DNA of 56,532 nucleotides from Candidatus Neomicrothrix parvicella RN1 (GTDB lineage Bacteria > Actinomycetota > Acidimicrobiia > Acidimicrobiales > VFJN01): positions 1-56,532 of the forward strand of contig CAMDIH010000004.1 of assembly GCA_945898515.1 (NCBI GenBank), written 5' to 3'. Position 1 is the first letter of the stretch, and each line of letters starts with the position of its first letter. The notes under the pieces are model-generated. The model was not told the origin of the DNA. It saw only the letters and a list, made by a program, of their open reading frames with translations, and did no database searches. A program made the translations under genes and the position numbers. This document shows, in pieces, positions 27,769 through 37,787 of this stretch.

Positions 27769-28379
27769 CGGTGGTGGAGGTGTTCGCCGACATCGGCTGT
27801 CCCTTTGCCCACGTGGGCATCAACCGCCTCGTCCAGCGCCGCGACGAGGCCAACCGTCCCGACATCGTGCTGCACGTGCGGGCGTGGCCCCTCGAATGGA
27901 CCAACGGCACACCGCTGCTCCCCGCCCTCATTGCCGAGGAGGTAGATGAGTTGCGCGAACAGGTGGCGCCGGATCTCTTCGCCCACTTCGACCCCGCCCA
28001 GTTCCCCGCCACCACGCTCCCCGCCTTTGATCTGGTGGCCGCCGCGTACGCAGTGGGCCCGCAGAAGGGCGAGCGCGCCAGCCTGGCTCTGCGCCACGCC
28101 CTCTTCGAGCAGGGTCGGCCCATCGGGGATCGTGGGGTTATCGAAGCGGTGGCTGCCGAGGTGGGCGTGGCGATGCCCGACGAAGGGGCGCGGGCCCTCG
28201 TCCTGGCCGACTGGCAGGACGGCCAGGCTCGCGGGGTGATCGGATCACCCCACTTTTTCCTGGGGGCCGACGGATGGTTCTGCCCGTCGCTCCAGATCAA
28301 GCGGGTCCAAGACCATCTCGTGATACACACCGATCCCGACGCCTTCGAGGCGTTGGTGGACCGCATTCTCTCGACGTAA
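27765..28379 (+). CDS. DsbA/FrnE-like thioredoxin-fold protein
   Basis: EVFADIGCPFAH, ALFEQG, GVIGSPHF (cis-Pro loop); ATGA overlap at 27765-27768. Confidence 0.85.
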   Translation: MTVVEVFADIGCPFAHVGINRLVQRRDEANRPDIVLHVRAWPLEWTNGTPLLPALIAEEVDELREQVAPDLFAHFDPAQFPATTLPAFDLVAAAYAVGPQKGERASLALRHALFEQGRPIGDRGVIEAVAAEVGVAMPDEGARALVLADWQDGQARGVIGSPHFFLGADGWFCPSLQIKRVQDHLVIHTDPDAFEALVDRILST

Positions 28380-28382
28380 CCG

Positions 28383-29891
28383 CTACCGCCCGGGCAGTTC
28401 GTGCTTGACCACCTTGCCGGTGGCGTTACGCGGCAGTTCGGTAACGAAGGTGACCCGCCGCGGCACCTTGTAATCCGACAGACGCTCCGCGCACACGGCG
28501 ATGAGTTCCTCCGCCGACACGGTGACCCCGGCCACCAACACCACCCAGGCGGCGACGTCCTCGCCGAGGACCGGGTGAGCGATACCCGCCACCGCCGCCT
28601 CCCGTACGGCGGGATGTTCGTAGAGCACGGTCTCCACATCGGTGGCGTGCACGTTGTTGCCGCCCCGGATGATCACGTCCTTCTGACGCCCCACGATGTA
28701 GAGGAAGCCATCTTCGTCGAGAAAGGCCAGATCACCTGAGTGCAGCCACCCATCCCGCCACGTCGTGGCCGTGGCCTCGGCATCGTTGAAGTATTCGCGC
28801 TCGCGGCCGGGGTTGCGCACCAATAATTCGCCCACCACCCGGGCGGGTTGCTCCTCGCCCTGCTCGTCCACGATTCTGAACTCGGTGGGCGCCATGGGCC
28901 GACCTACCGAACCCACCCGCTTGGCCTGCTCCGCCGGGGGCATGAAACAAAAGGCGGGGCCCGCTTCGGTCATCCCCCACGAGTTGGACACCATGGCGTT
29001 GGGAAGCTTCGCCTGCAGTCGCTGCAGGGTGGACGGCGACACCGGAGCGCTCCCCAGCGGGCACATCGTGATGCTCGAGAGGTCGGCGCCCTCGAAGCGG
29101 GTGCTGCCGATCAGCAACTCGGCCATGGCGGGCACCAGGAAGGTGGCCGCCGGACGGTGGTGCTCCACCGCGTCGAACCACTGCTCCGGATCGAAACGAG
29201 GCAGATAGAGCAGCCGCATCCCCAGTTTCATCGGGTTATAGGCGGAGGCGATGCCGGCAAAGGTGAACATGGGCGAGGCGTGCAGCCACCCCGCGCCCGA
29301 CCAACGGGGGAGGCCGTTGGGCATCATGGCGGCGTCGCGATGGCGCACCACCACCCCCTTGGGGCGCCCCGTAGTACCCGAGGTGTACATGAGATCGGCC
29401 ATGGCATCACCGTTGATGGGCACCTGGATGGGTTCGTCGTCTCCCACCCCGACGTCGTCCCAGGAAACCAAACCCGCCTCGGGAGTACCGGTGGTCACGA
29501 TCACTCGCAGTTCGGGCAGGTCCGGGCGCGCCGCCACCAGGGTCTCGGTGGTGGAGGCACCGCTGATGGCCACGACCGCCCCGGCGTGGCGGAGCACGTA
29601 GCCCAGTTCCCGGGCCACCAGCCGGGTGCTGGTGGGAACCGCCACCGCGCCGGCTTTGTGGATCGCCGAGTAGCTCACCAAGAACACGGCTGCCTCCGCC
29701 GGTGGCACATGGATAGCCACCCGATCCCCGGGCACCACCCCCTGCTCAATCAGCCATCGGGCCACGCCGTTCGAGCGCCGATCCCACGAGCCGAAGGTGA
29801 GATCAACCCCAGTGGCCACATCGCTGAATCCCACCTCGGCGGGGAATGCCTCCGCCATCATCCGGAGCTGATCCGGCAAGAGGTTGGCCAT
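28383..29891 (-). CDS. Acyl-CoA synthetase (AMP-forming)
   Basis: YTSGTTGRPKG, WGMTE, LHSGD, IRGGNNV, LPRNATGKV. Confidence 0.92.
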   Translation of the reverse strand: MANLLPDQLRMMAEAFPAEVGFSDVATGVDLTFGSWDRRSNGVARWLIEQGVVPGDRVAIHVPPAEAAVFLVSYSAIHKAGAVAVPTSTRLVARELGYVLRHAGAVVAISGASTTETLVAARPDLPELRVIVTTGTPEAGLVSWDDVGVGDDEPIQVPINGDAMADLMYTSGTTGRPKGVVVRHRDAAMMPNGLPRWSGAGWLHASPMFTFAGIASAYNPMKLGMRLLYLPRFDPEQWFDAVEHHRPAATFLVPAMAELLIGSTRFEGADLSSITMCPLGSAPVSPSTLQRLQAKLPNAMVSNSWGMTEAGPAFCFMPPAEQAKRVGSVGRPMAPTEFRIVDEQGEEQPARVVGELLVRNPGREREYFNDAEATATTWRDGWLHSGDLAFLDEDGFLYIVGRQKDVIIRGGNNVHATDVETVLYEHPAVREAAVAGIAHPVLGEDVAAWVVLVAGVTVSAEELIAVCAERLSDYKVPRRVTFVTELPRNATGKVVKHELPGR

Positions 29892-29961
29892 CAGAGCCCA
29901 CCCCGGCGCAGCGGTGGACGTTCGCCCTCAAGCGAATGATAGGAGCATCCGTGGACGCCGC

Positions 29962-32169
29962 TCAGGGGACCGGCTCCGGATCGCGAGGCAGGCCGAGGAG
30001 ACGTTCGGCGATCACATTGCGCTGGATCTCGCTGGTGCCACCGGCAATGGTGAGGCAGCGGTTAGCCAGAAACCCGAACGTCCACTGGGCCGCCGTCCCC
30101 GTCGCCGTGGCCCCCTCCGGGCCGAGCAGCGCGAGACCCAGTTCCTGCGTGCGCTGATCGTGCTCCACGCCCAGCAGTTTTCCCACGCTGGCCTCCGGCC
30201 CCGGACTCGCGCCGGCCACCGAGCGCTGCGTGGCCCGCAGGCCCAGCACCGCCACTGCGTGGGCCTCCGCCACGAGGGCGCCCACCTGATCGAGGAGCCG
30301 CGAGTCGGTGCCGTCGAGGTCGCCGGCGTTGATGCGTTCGCTCACCAGCGCCAACAAGGCTTCGATCCCGCCGCCGAAGGACGAACCGCGTCCCATCGAC
30401 ACCCGCTCGTTGGCCAGCGTGGTGCGGGCCAACGGCCAGCCGCCGTCCACCGCCCCGATGATGCAGTCGTCGGGCACGAAGACGTCGGTAAAAAACACTT
30501 CGTTGAACATGGCCAGGCCGGTCATCTCTCGCAGGGGTCGGATGTCGAGCCCGGGGCTGCGCATGTCCACGATCAAATAGGTGATGCCCAGGTGTTTGGC
30601 AACGCCGGTGTTGGTGCGGGCCAGACAGATACCCCAATCGGCTTCCATGGCCATTGAGGTCCACACCTTCTGACCGTTGAGCAGCCATCCGCCGTCGACA
30701 CGGGTGGCGGCGGTGGTGAGGGCGGCGAGATCCGAACCGGCGTCGGGTTCGCTGAAGAGTTGGCACCAGGAAATGTCGCCGAGCAGCGTGGGGCGCACCC
30801 AGCGTTCCTGCTGCTCGTCCGTGCCGTGGGTGGCGATGGTGGGAGCCGCCCACGCCCCCACGGCCAGGTGGGGTAAGCGAATCTTGGCGCGGCGTAGTTC
30901 CTGCGCGATCACCAACTGCTCTACCGCCCCGGCGCGGCGTCCCCACGGCGGCTCCCAGTGCGGCACGAAATATCCGCCGTCCACCACCTTGGTCCGCTGC
31001 TCCTCGGGGGGGCCCTGGGCCACCCAATCCGCAAAGGCTCGCACCTCCCCCCGGAACGTTTCGGCTTCCGCCGGCAACGCCAAGGTGAGGTGCCGACGCG
31101 TGCCGGACAACGCGGCCGTGGCCACCCGGCAACGCCACGGGAACGACCCCCCCAGGAGTTGGCGCATCGCCATGGCCCGCCGGAGGTAGAGATGGGCGTC
31201 GTGGTCCCAGGTGAAACCCACGCCGCCCAACACCTGGATGCAATCCTTGGCCACCCCGGCGAAGGCATCCGGGGCGATCGCCCCGGCGGCCGCGGTGGCC
31301 AGTTCGACCTCGGCGGTGGTGGCGTCTCCGTCGAGGGCCTCGGCGGCGTCCCAGGTCACACCGCGGGCCGCTTCCGCCGCCACCAGCATGTCGGCACAGC
31401 GATGTTTCACGCCCTGGAACTGCCCGATGGGACGTCCGAACTGGCGCCTCGCCACGGCGTAGGCCGACGCCGTCTCCACGCACCAGGCGGCGCCACCGGC
31501 GCACTCCGCCGCCACCACCGTGGCCACGATCGACGCCACCTTCGTGTCGTCCAAACCGAGCAGTTGATCACCGGCGGGCACCACCACCGAGGCCAGGGCG
31601 AGGGTGGCGAGAGGGCGCGTGAGATCGAGGGCTACCACTGCGGTACTTACGAAGGCAGACCGCTCCACCACACACCACCGCTCAAGGCCGGCCACCAGCA
31701 CCGGCACCACCACCACATCGGCCAGGCCCCCACAGAGCACCGGAGCGGTGGTACCGCTCACCACCAGGCTGCCGTCGGAGGCGAGGTCGCCCAGCAGCGG
31801 CGTGTCGAGGGCCACCGACCCCACCGTGGTGCCGTCAGCAAGACCCGGTAACCGGGAGCGGCTGGCGCCACCGGCATCGATCAGCGCGCTCGCTATCACG
31901 GTGGACAGGAACGGACCGGGGACCATTCCCCGCCCAAACTCCTCCACCACAATGGCCACTTCTGCGAACCCGTAGCCCTGGCCCTCGTCCGGCTCGGGGA
32001 GGTGAAGCCCGAGCCAGCCGAGCCGGGCGAGATCGTCCCAGAACGGCGGCCGCTGGTCGGTGGGCGCCTCGAGCGCCGCCCGTATCACGCTCGGCGGGCA
32101 GCGATCAGCGATGAATCGGCGCACCGTGGCGAGCAGGGCCAGATGGTCGTCACCGATGGCGATGCTCAT
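29962..32169 (-). CDS. Fused two-domain acyl-CoA dehydrogenase (FadE34/FadE6/FadE22-type architecture)
   Basis: 735 aa. N-half partner-type (QFGRPIGQFQGVKHR, QVLGGVGFTW); C-half catalytic-type (WCQLFSEPDAGSDLA, TLANER, IAGGTSEIQRN). Confidence 0.92.
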   Translation of the reverse strand: MSIAIGDDHLALLATVRRFIADRCPPSVIRAALEAPTDQRPPFWDDLARLGWLGLHLPEPDEGQGYGFAEVAIVVEEFGRGMVPGPFLSTVIASALIDAGGASRSRLPGLADGTTVGSVALDTPLLGDLASDGSLVVSGTTAPVLCGGLADVVVVPVLVAGLERWCVVERSAFVSTAVVALDLTRPLATLALASVVVPAGDQLLGLDDTKVASIVATVVAAECAGGAAWCVETASAYAVARRQFGRPIGQFQGVKHRCADMLVAAEAARGVTWDAAEALDGDATTAEVELATAAAGAIAPDAFAGVAKDCIQVLGGVGFTWDHDAHLYLRRAMAMRQLLGGSFPWRCRVATAALSGTRRHLTLALPAEAETFRGEVRAFADWVAQGPPEEQRTKVVDGGYFVPHWEPPWGRRAGAVEQLVIAQELRRAKIRLPHLAVGAWAAPTIATHGTDEQQERWVRPTLLGDISWCQLFSEPDAGSDLAALTTAATRVDGGWLLNGQKVWTSMAMEADWGICLARTNTGVAKHLGITYLIVDMRSPGLDIRPLREMTGLAMFNEVFFTDVFVPDDCIIGAVDGGWPLARTTLANERVSMGRGSSFGGGIEALLALVSERINAGDLDGTDSRLLDQVGALVAEAHAVAVLGLRATQRSVAGASPGPEASVGKLLGVEHDQRTQELGLALLGPEGATATGTAAQWTFGFLANRCLTIAGGTSEIQRNVIAERLLGLPRDPEPVP

Positions 32170-32197
32170 GGGCGGTGCCCGATCCTTCCGTTCCGTC

Positions 32198-32211
32198 TAA
32201 CGATCACGTCA
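32198..32211. promoter_or_regulatory. Candidate operator site 4 (TAACG-ATCA-CGTCA), next to a minus-strand -10 TAATGT
   Basis: Divergent spacer between the fused ACAD and a crotonase; followed by CATTAGCC. Confidence 0.65.
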
Positions 32212-32246
32212 CATTAGCCCTCCCGGCCGCCTAGCCTCCCGGGGGC

Positions 32247-33056
32247 ATGACCATCCATTACGAGCAAGTGGGCGGACACGTCGCCCGCATCACCATCGAC
32301 CGACCCGAAGCCCGGAACTCGCTCGACCTCCATCACTTCCGCGACCTCGCCAACGCCTGGCGGCGCTTCCGCGACGACCCCGCCGACTGGGTGGCGGTGA
32401 TCACCGGCGTGGACGGCAACTTCATGACCGGCGCCGACCTCAAAACCTACGTTCCCCAGATCACCGCCTTGCAGGCCCAGATCCTCGCCGGCGAGATCGA
32501 CGAGATCGACGGCTGCCAACTACGCGACGGCACCGACGCCGTGCTGCGCAGCCTGAAGATCTACAAACCGATCATCGCGGCGGTGGACGGCCCCTGCGTG
32601 GCTGGCGGTATGGAAATGCTCGGCGGCATCGACATCCGCATCGCCACCGAGCGGGCCACCTTCGGGGTGATGGAACCCAAGCGCGGCCTGTTCGCCGGTG
32701 GCGGCACCACGGTGCGGCTGCCCCGCCAGATCCCGTATCCCGCGGCGATGGAGTTCCTCCTCACGGCCGAGGCCTTCCCCGCCCGCCGGGCGCTCGAGCT
32801 GGGCCTACTCAACGAGATCGTCGCCGAGGGCGAGTTGGCCGACCGGGCGCTCGAGTGGGCGGCTCGCATCACGACCAACGCGCCCCTCGCCGTGCAGGCC
32901 ACCAAGGAGAGCGTGCTGCGCGGCCTTGCCGTCGACCAGCGAGAGGCCTACAAGATCGAGAGCGAGCTGGCCGGCAAGGTGTTCTCGTCTGCCGACGCCA
33001 ACGAGGGCCCGAAGGCCTTCGCCGAGAAGCGCGACCCGGTGTGGAAGGGACGCTGA
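32247..33056 (+). CDS. Enoyl-CoA hydratase/crotonase
   Basis: ITIDRPEARN, TGADL, KPIIAAVDGPCVAGGME, EPKRGL, EGPKAFAEKR. Confidence 0.92.
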   Translation: MTIHYEQVGGHVARITIDRPEARNSLDLHHFRDLANAWRRFRDDPADWVAVITGVDGNFMTGADLKTYVPQITALQAQILAGEIDEIDGCQLRDGTDAVLRSLKIYKPIIAAVDGPCVAGGMEMLGGIDIRIATERATFGVMEPKRGLFAGGGTTVRLPRQIPYPAAMEFLLTAEAFPARRALELGLLNEIVAEGELADRALEWAARITTNAPLAVQATKESVLRGLAVDQREAYKIESELAGKVFSSADANEGPKAFAEKRDPVWKGR

Positions 33057-33110
33057 GGATCGGTCGGTTACTAGGGTGAGGCCACGGTGGGACACGGCAC
33101 GGGAGATGAC

Positions 33111-34028
33111 ATGGGAATCTGTGATGGACGGGTAGCGATCGTGACCGGGGCGGGGCGAGGCATCGGACGCGAGCACGCGCTGATGCTCGCCCACGAAGGC
33201 GCCGCGGTCGTGGTGAACGATCTCGGTGCCCAACCCGACGGCTCCGGGGCCGACCCCGGCCCGGCCAACGAGGTGGTGGCCGAGATCGTGGCGATGGGCG
33301 GCCAAGCGGTGGTCAACGGGGCCGACATCACCAACTACGACGACGCCGGAGCCATGGTGCGCCAAGCCATCGACACCTTCGGTCGCCTCGATGTGCTGGT
33401 CAACAACGCCGGCATCCTGCGCGACCGCATGATCTTTTCGATGTCCGAAGCAGAGTGGGACGACATCATCAGCGTGCATCTGAAGGGTCACTTCTGCCCC
33501 ACCCGCCACGCCGCCGCCTACTGGCGCGAGCAGTCCAAGGCCGGCGAGCCGGTCGATGCCCGCATCATCAACACCTCATCGCCCTCGGGTCTCTACGGCA
33601 ACGCCGGGCAGACCAACTACGCCGCCGCCAAAGCCGGCATTGCTGGCTTCACCCTTGTCGCCGCCCTCGAACTGGCGCGGCTTGGCGTCACCTCCAACTG
33701 CCTCGCCCCCACCGCCCTCACCCGCCTGGTCGAGCCGCTCATGGGTGGGGCCGACAACATCACCGAGGAGGTGCGCGAGGCCATCTCTCCTCGCTGGGTG
33801 GCCACGGTGGCCACCTGGCTCGCCAGCCCGCTCAGCCGCGCCGTCACCGGGCGCGTCTTCGACGTGCGCGGTGAGACCATCGCCATCGCCGACGGCTGGC
33901 ATCGCGGTCCCGAGGGCACCAACCTCGCTGGGGATCCGGTTGGCGCGGGCTTGGTGATCGAGGACCTGCTCAGCACCGCTCGCGCCAATGCCGACCTCGA
34001 CGGCCGCGACGCCCCCGACCGCTTCTAG
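33111..34028 (+). CDS. Short-chain dehydrogenase/reductase (hydroxyacyl-CoA dehydrogenase-like, VVVNDLG type)
   Basis: TGAGRGIG, VVVNDLG, NNAGILRD, GQTNYAAAK. ATG 33111 after GGGAG. Confidence 0.92.
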   Translation: MGICDGRVAIVTGAGRGIGREHALMLAHEGAAVVVNDLGAQPDGSGADPGPANEVVAEIVAMGGQAVVNGADITNYDDAGAMVRQAIDTFGRLDVLVNNAGILRDRMIFSMSEAEWDDIISVHLKGHFCPTRHAAAYWREQSKAGEPVDARIINTSSPSGLYGNAGQTNYAAAKAGIAGFTLVAALELARLGVTSNCLAPTALTRLVEPLMGGADNITEEVREAISPRWVATVATWLASPLSRAVTGRVFDVRGETIAIADGWHRGPEGTNLAGDPVGAGLVIEDLLSTARANADLDGRDAPDRF

Positions 34029-34095
34029 GCCCACCCCCGCCCGTCGAGGCCGCACCACCCCGGTGGAAGAACCTTCCCTCCGGTAGCGTTCGGCC

Positions 34096-34878
34096 ATGCA
34101 GGTTGCGGGCAGCACCGTTCTACTCACCGGAGCGTCCTCGGGTATCGGGGCGGCCCTGGCCCCGCTGTTGGCCGAGCGCGGCGCCACCGTGGGCATCGTG
34201 GCCCGCCGCGCCGACCGCCTCGTGGCGGTGCTGGAACAATGCCAGCAGCACACCCCCGCCTCGCGTCTCTATGTCACCGACCTCAGCGATCCCGAGGCGG
34301 CGGAGGAGGCCGTACTGCGGGCTTGGGACGACATGGGCGGCCTCGACATCGTGGTGAACAACGCCGCCATCCCCAAGCGGCGCCTCACCCAGGAGATCAC
34401 CGTGGCCGAGTTGCAAGAGACGATGCTGATGAACTTCGAGTCGCCGGTGCGCCTGACCCTGGCGGTGTTGCCCCGGATGCTGGAGCGCGACCACGGGATG
34501 ATCGTGAACGTGGGCAGTTTCGGCGGCCGAGTGGGTATTCCCGGCGAGGCGGCCTACTGCGCCTCGAAGTTCGCCCTCACCGGTTGGAGCGAATCCATGG
34601 CCCTCGACCTGTGCCACACCGGTGTGGAGGTGCGCCTCATCCTCCCCGGCGCCATCGCCACGGAGATCTGGGAGCAACCGGGCAACGACGCCCCCCTCTT
34701 TGATGGCCCGTTCGAAACGGCCGAGTCGGTGGGCCTGGGCATCATGGCGGCCATCGAGGGCGACACCTTCGAGGCCTACCTGCCCGACATGTTGCCCATC
34801 GTGGAGATGAAGACGAGCGACATCGACGGCTTCTTCGCCGCCACGGTGGCCTACGCCGACGAGCAGCGCCGCCCCTGA
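34096..34878 (+). CDS. Short-chain dehydrogenase/reductase
   Basis: TGASSGIG, NNAA, YCASK. Confidence 0.92.
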   Translation: MQVAGSTVLLTGASSGIGAALAPLLAERGATVGIVARRADRLVAVLEQCQQHTPASRLYVTDLSDPEAAEEAVLRAWDDMGGLDIVVNNAAIPKRRLTQEITVAELQETMLMNFESPVRLTLAVLPRMLERDHGMIVNVGSFGGRVGIPGEAAYCASKFALTGWSESMALDLCHTGVEVRLILPGAIATEIWEQPGNDAPLFDGPFETAESVGLGIMAAIEGDTFEAYLPDMLPIVEMKTSDIDGFFAATVAYADEQRRP

Positions 34879-34884
34879 GGCAAC

Positions 34885-36093
34885 CTAGGCCGGCTGCGGG
34901 GTGAGCAGTTCCAGCACGTTGTCTCGCATCATGATCTTGGTTTCATCGGCGTCAAAGGTGGGGATGTCCTGCACGAAACTGGTGGGTTCGGGCAGGCCCT
35001 CGGTGTGGGGGAAGTCTGAGCCGAACAGCAACCGGCGAATGCCCAGCGCATCTTTCAGACGATCCATGTCGTCTTCGTAGTACGGCGCCACCCACACCTG
35101 GCGGGTGAATTGTTCCACCGGGTGTTCCTGGAACGAGAACGGCATCTTGCCGTTGGCATCGGTCAGATTGCGCAGGAGATCCGGAACCCACATGGCACCG
35201 TTCTCGATGGAGGCCAGGCGCAGGTTTGGGAAGCGCTCCAACACCCCATGACAGATCAGGGCCGCGAAGGTGTCGGAGATGCTGCGGTCCTGGAAGGCCA
35301 CCAGCGGGAACACGGCGTGCTTGAAGCCCTCGAAGCCACCGCCCCCCGCGTCACCGCCGGCCCCCCACAACTTGCCGTAGCGCGATACGCCGCTGAGCCC
35401 GGCGTGCAGGGCCACGGGGATACCCGCCTCATTGAGCAGACCCCACACCGGGTCGAACTTGGCGTGGCCGGGCGACACGTAGCCGTCCCCGTCGGGCACC
35501 GGGCCCGGAATCATCACCACGATCCGAGCCCCGCCCTCCAGTACCCGGCGCACTTCGGCCGCCGCCAAACTCGCGTCGGCCAGGGTGATCATGGGGGCGG
35601 CGTAGAGGCGACCGTCGCCACCGTCGAAGCCCCAGTCGTCATCCAGCCAGCGGTTGAAGGCGGTGAAGGCGGCGTGCAGGGCGGGGATGTCGTGGCGCAG
35701 GGCTTCCTGCATGCCTACCCCGAGGGTGGGAAACAGCAGCGCACCATCCATCCCCTGCTCGTCGAGAAGGGCCAGGCGGGCCGCTCGTTCCCGGTAGCCG
35801 GGGTGATCGGCGATGGGGGCCAGTTCACCGAACATGGTCTTGAGATCGATGCCCCCCTCATTGCGCCCCCGGAAGTAGTCCTCCAGGCTCCCCGGTGCGG
35901 CAATCGGATCGAAGGTGGGGTTGGGAATGAACTTGTTGACCTTCCCGCCCACTAGGAGCCGGGGCTTGCCGTTGATCACAGCCCACTGCATGCACCGCTT
36001 GGCCATGGCCGGTTCGATGTAGCGGGTAAAGGCATCTTCCGCTTCGTAGTAGTGGTTGTCGGCGTCGAAGGGCCGGAACCCGAGATCAGGCAT
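34885..36093 (-). CDS. Amidohydrolase-2 family protein, paralog of 1779..2972
   Basis: FDADNHYYE, FIPNPTF, LFPTL, IENG, LFGSDFPHTEG. Confidence 0.9.
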   Translation of the reverse strand: MPDLGFRPFDADNHYYEAEDAFTRYIEPAMAKRCMQWAVINGKPRLLVGGKVNKFIPNPTFDPIAAPGSLEDYFRGRNEGGIDLKTMFGELAPIADHPGYRERAARLALLDEQGMDGALLFPTLGVGMQEALRHDIPALHAAFTAFNRWLDDDWGFDGGDGRLYAAPMITLADASLAAAEVRRVLEGGARIVVMIPGPVPDGDGYVSPGHAKFDPVWGLLNEAGIPVALHAGLSGVSRYGKLWGAGGDAGGGGFEGFKHAVFPLVAFQDRSISDTFAALICHGVLERFPNLRLASIENGAMWVPDLLRNLTDANGKMPFSFQEHPVEQFTRQVWVAPYYEDDMDRLKDALGIRRLLFGSDFPHTEGLPEPTSFVQDIPTFDADETKIMMRDNVLELLTPQPA

Positions 36094-36122
36094 GTCCAGA
36101 TCGTACTCGTTGGCGGGTCTTC

Positions 36123-36136
36123 TGACAGTGGCGTCA
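36123..36136. promoter_or_regulatory. Candidate operator site 5 (TGACA-GTGG-CGTCA)
   Basis: Flanked by C and G, in the divergent spacer between two amidohydrolases, just upstream of -10-like TACGCT (36139-36144). Confidence 0.65.
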
Positions 36137-36150
36137 GGTACGCTCCGCCC

Positions 36151-37011
36151 ATGATCGTGGACGGTTGGGTGAACTTGATCCCCGAGGCCTTTGCGGCCCG
36201 GTGGGTGGCGAAGGATTCGCAGCAGGGCGTGGTGGAGTTGTTTGGCTCAGACCTGGCCAAGAGCCCCACCGCCGAGGGCCTGCTGGCGGCGCTGGACGAA
36301 GCGGGCATCGACATCGGGGTGCTCACCAGCGGCCTATCGGACCCGGAGCGTACCCACCGGATCGGTGGGTACGCCGCCGAAGATTTCCTGGCCATCGCCG
36401 AGCAGTACCCCGGCCGCTTCCTCGTGTCCCCCACCGTGGAGCGGGCCGAAAAACCCGGTCGCAACGTGGCCCGTATCCGGGAACTGGCCCAACACCCCGA
36501 CGTAGTCATGGTGCGGATCACCCCACTGGTGGAGCAGTACGAACTGAACCACCGCCTCTACTACCCCATCTACGCCGCCTGCGAGGAACTCGCCCTACCG
36601 GTGTCGATCAACATCGGTATCCCCGGCCCGCAGGTGCGCTCGCGCTGTCAGGACCCGGTGCTGTTGGAAGACGTGCTGATCGACTTCCCCGGCCTCACCG
36701 TGATCGGGGCTCACATGGGCCACCCCTACGAGGCGCTGCTCATCCAGTACATGCTCAAGTGGCCGTCGCTGTACCTCATGACCTCGGCCTACCTCGCCAC
36801 CTACATGGACGCGGCGCTGGTGAAGTTCATGGACTCCTCCCGGGGCCGGGGGCGGGTGCTGTTTGCCTCCGACCATCCGGTGATCCCCGCCGCCAAGGCC
36901 CTCACCGCCGCCCGACAACTGCCGTTGTCCGACGAGGGCCGCGACCTCTTCCTCGGCGATGCCCTCCATCGCATCCTCACCCAGCGCCGCCCCTCACTCC
37001 GCTCGGTCTAA
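36151..37011 (+). CDS. Amidohydrolase-2 family protein (short ~290 aa class)
   Basis: IVDGWVN, YYPIYAACEE, DFPGLTVIGAHMGHP, VLFASDHP. Start moved to ATG 36151. Confidence 0.88.
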   Translation: MIVDGWVNLIPEAFAARWVAKDSQQGVVELFGSDLAKSPTAEGLLAALDEAGIDIGVLTSGLSDPERTHRIGGYAAEDFLAIAEQYPGRFLVSPTVERAEKPGRNVARIRELAQHPDVVMVRITPLVEQYELNHRLYYPIYAACEELALPVSINIGIPGPQVRSRCQDPVLLEDVLIDFPGLTVIGAHMGHPYEALLIQYMLKWPSLYLMTSAYLATYMDAALVKFMDSSRGRGRVLFASDHPVIPAAKALTAARQLPLSDEGRDLFLGDALHRILTQRRPSLRSV

Positions 37012-37770
37012 CCCCTTCAACCGCTCCCCGATGGCCCGGTACTCCGGGGTGTCATGCGACGCACTCTCGGCGGCGAGCCCCTCGCGCAGGATGTGATCAG
37101 CGTTGGCCTTGAGGCGCTGATTCAGTAGCGCCTTGGTGGCTTGAACCGCCTGGGGGGGCTGGGCGGCCAAGCGATGGGCGTAGGCGGTGGCCTGCTCCAG
37201 AAGTTCCTCGGCGGGTACGGCGAAGTTGGCCATCCCAAGTTCCACCGCTTCCGCGGCGGAGAGACGGTCGCCGGTGAGGAGGTACTGCTTGGCCCGCAAC
37301 AGACTCGTCATGGCCGGCCAGGTCAGCGCCCCACCATCGCCAGCCACCAGGGCCACCGACACGTGGGTGTCGGCCAAAAAAGCGTCCTGCGCCATGAACA
37401 CGATGTCGCACAGGGTCACGATCGTGCAGCCCAGGCCCACCGCCGGACCGTTCACCGCCGCCACCACCGGAACCGACACGTTGAGCATCTCTTCCACCAG
37501 CCGACGGGCCAGGTGCAAGCTTTCCCGCCGCACCTCCAGGTCCACCCGGCGGCGCTCGAAATCCTCGTAACTCCCGCCGGCGCTGAAGGCCTTGCCGGCA
37601 CCGGTGAGCACCACCGCACGGCACGCGTCGTCCCGTTCCACCTCCCCCCACAGCGCCACGAACTGGGCGTGGAGGTCCTCGGTGATTGCGTTGAGCGTGG
37701 TCGGCCGATTGAGGGTGACCCGCCGCACCGGTCCGTCCTGCGCCACGTCGATCCCGTCGAGGTCGTACAT
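36994..37770 (-). CDS. Enoyl-CoA hydratase/isomerase
   Basis: VTLNRP, AFSAGG, PVVAAVNGPAVGLG, DTHV...GDGG; its 3' end overlaps the convergent gene by 18 bp. Confidence 0.9.
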   Translation of the reverse strand: MYDLDGIDVAQDGPVRRVTLNRPTTLNAITEDLHAQFVALWGEVERDDACRAVVLTGAGKAFSAGGSYEDFERRRVDLEVRRESLHLARRLVEEMLNVSVPVVAAVNGPAVGLGCTIVTLCDIVFMAQDAFLADTHVSVALVAGDGGALTWPAMTSLLRAKQYLLTGDRLSAAEAVELGMANFAVPAEELLEQATAYAHRLAAQPPQAVQATKALLNQRLKANADHILREGLAAESASHDTPEYRAIGERLKGLDRAE

Positions 37771-37787
37771 AGTTAGGATCCTTGTCT

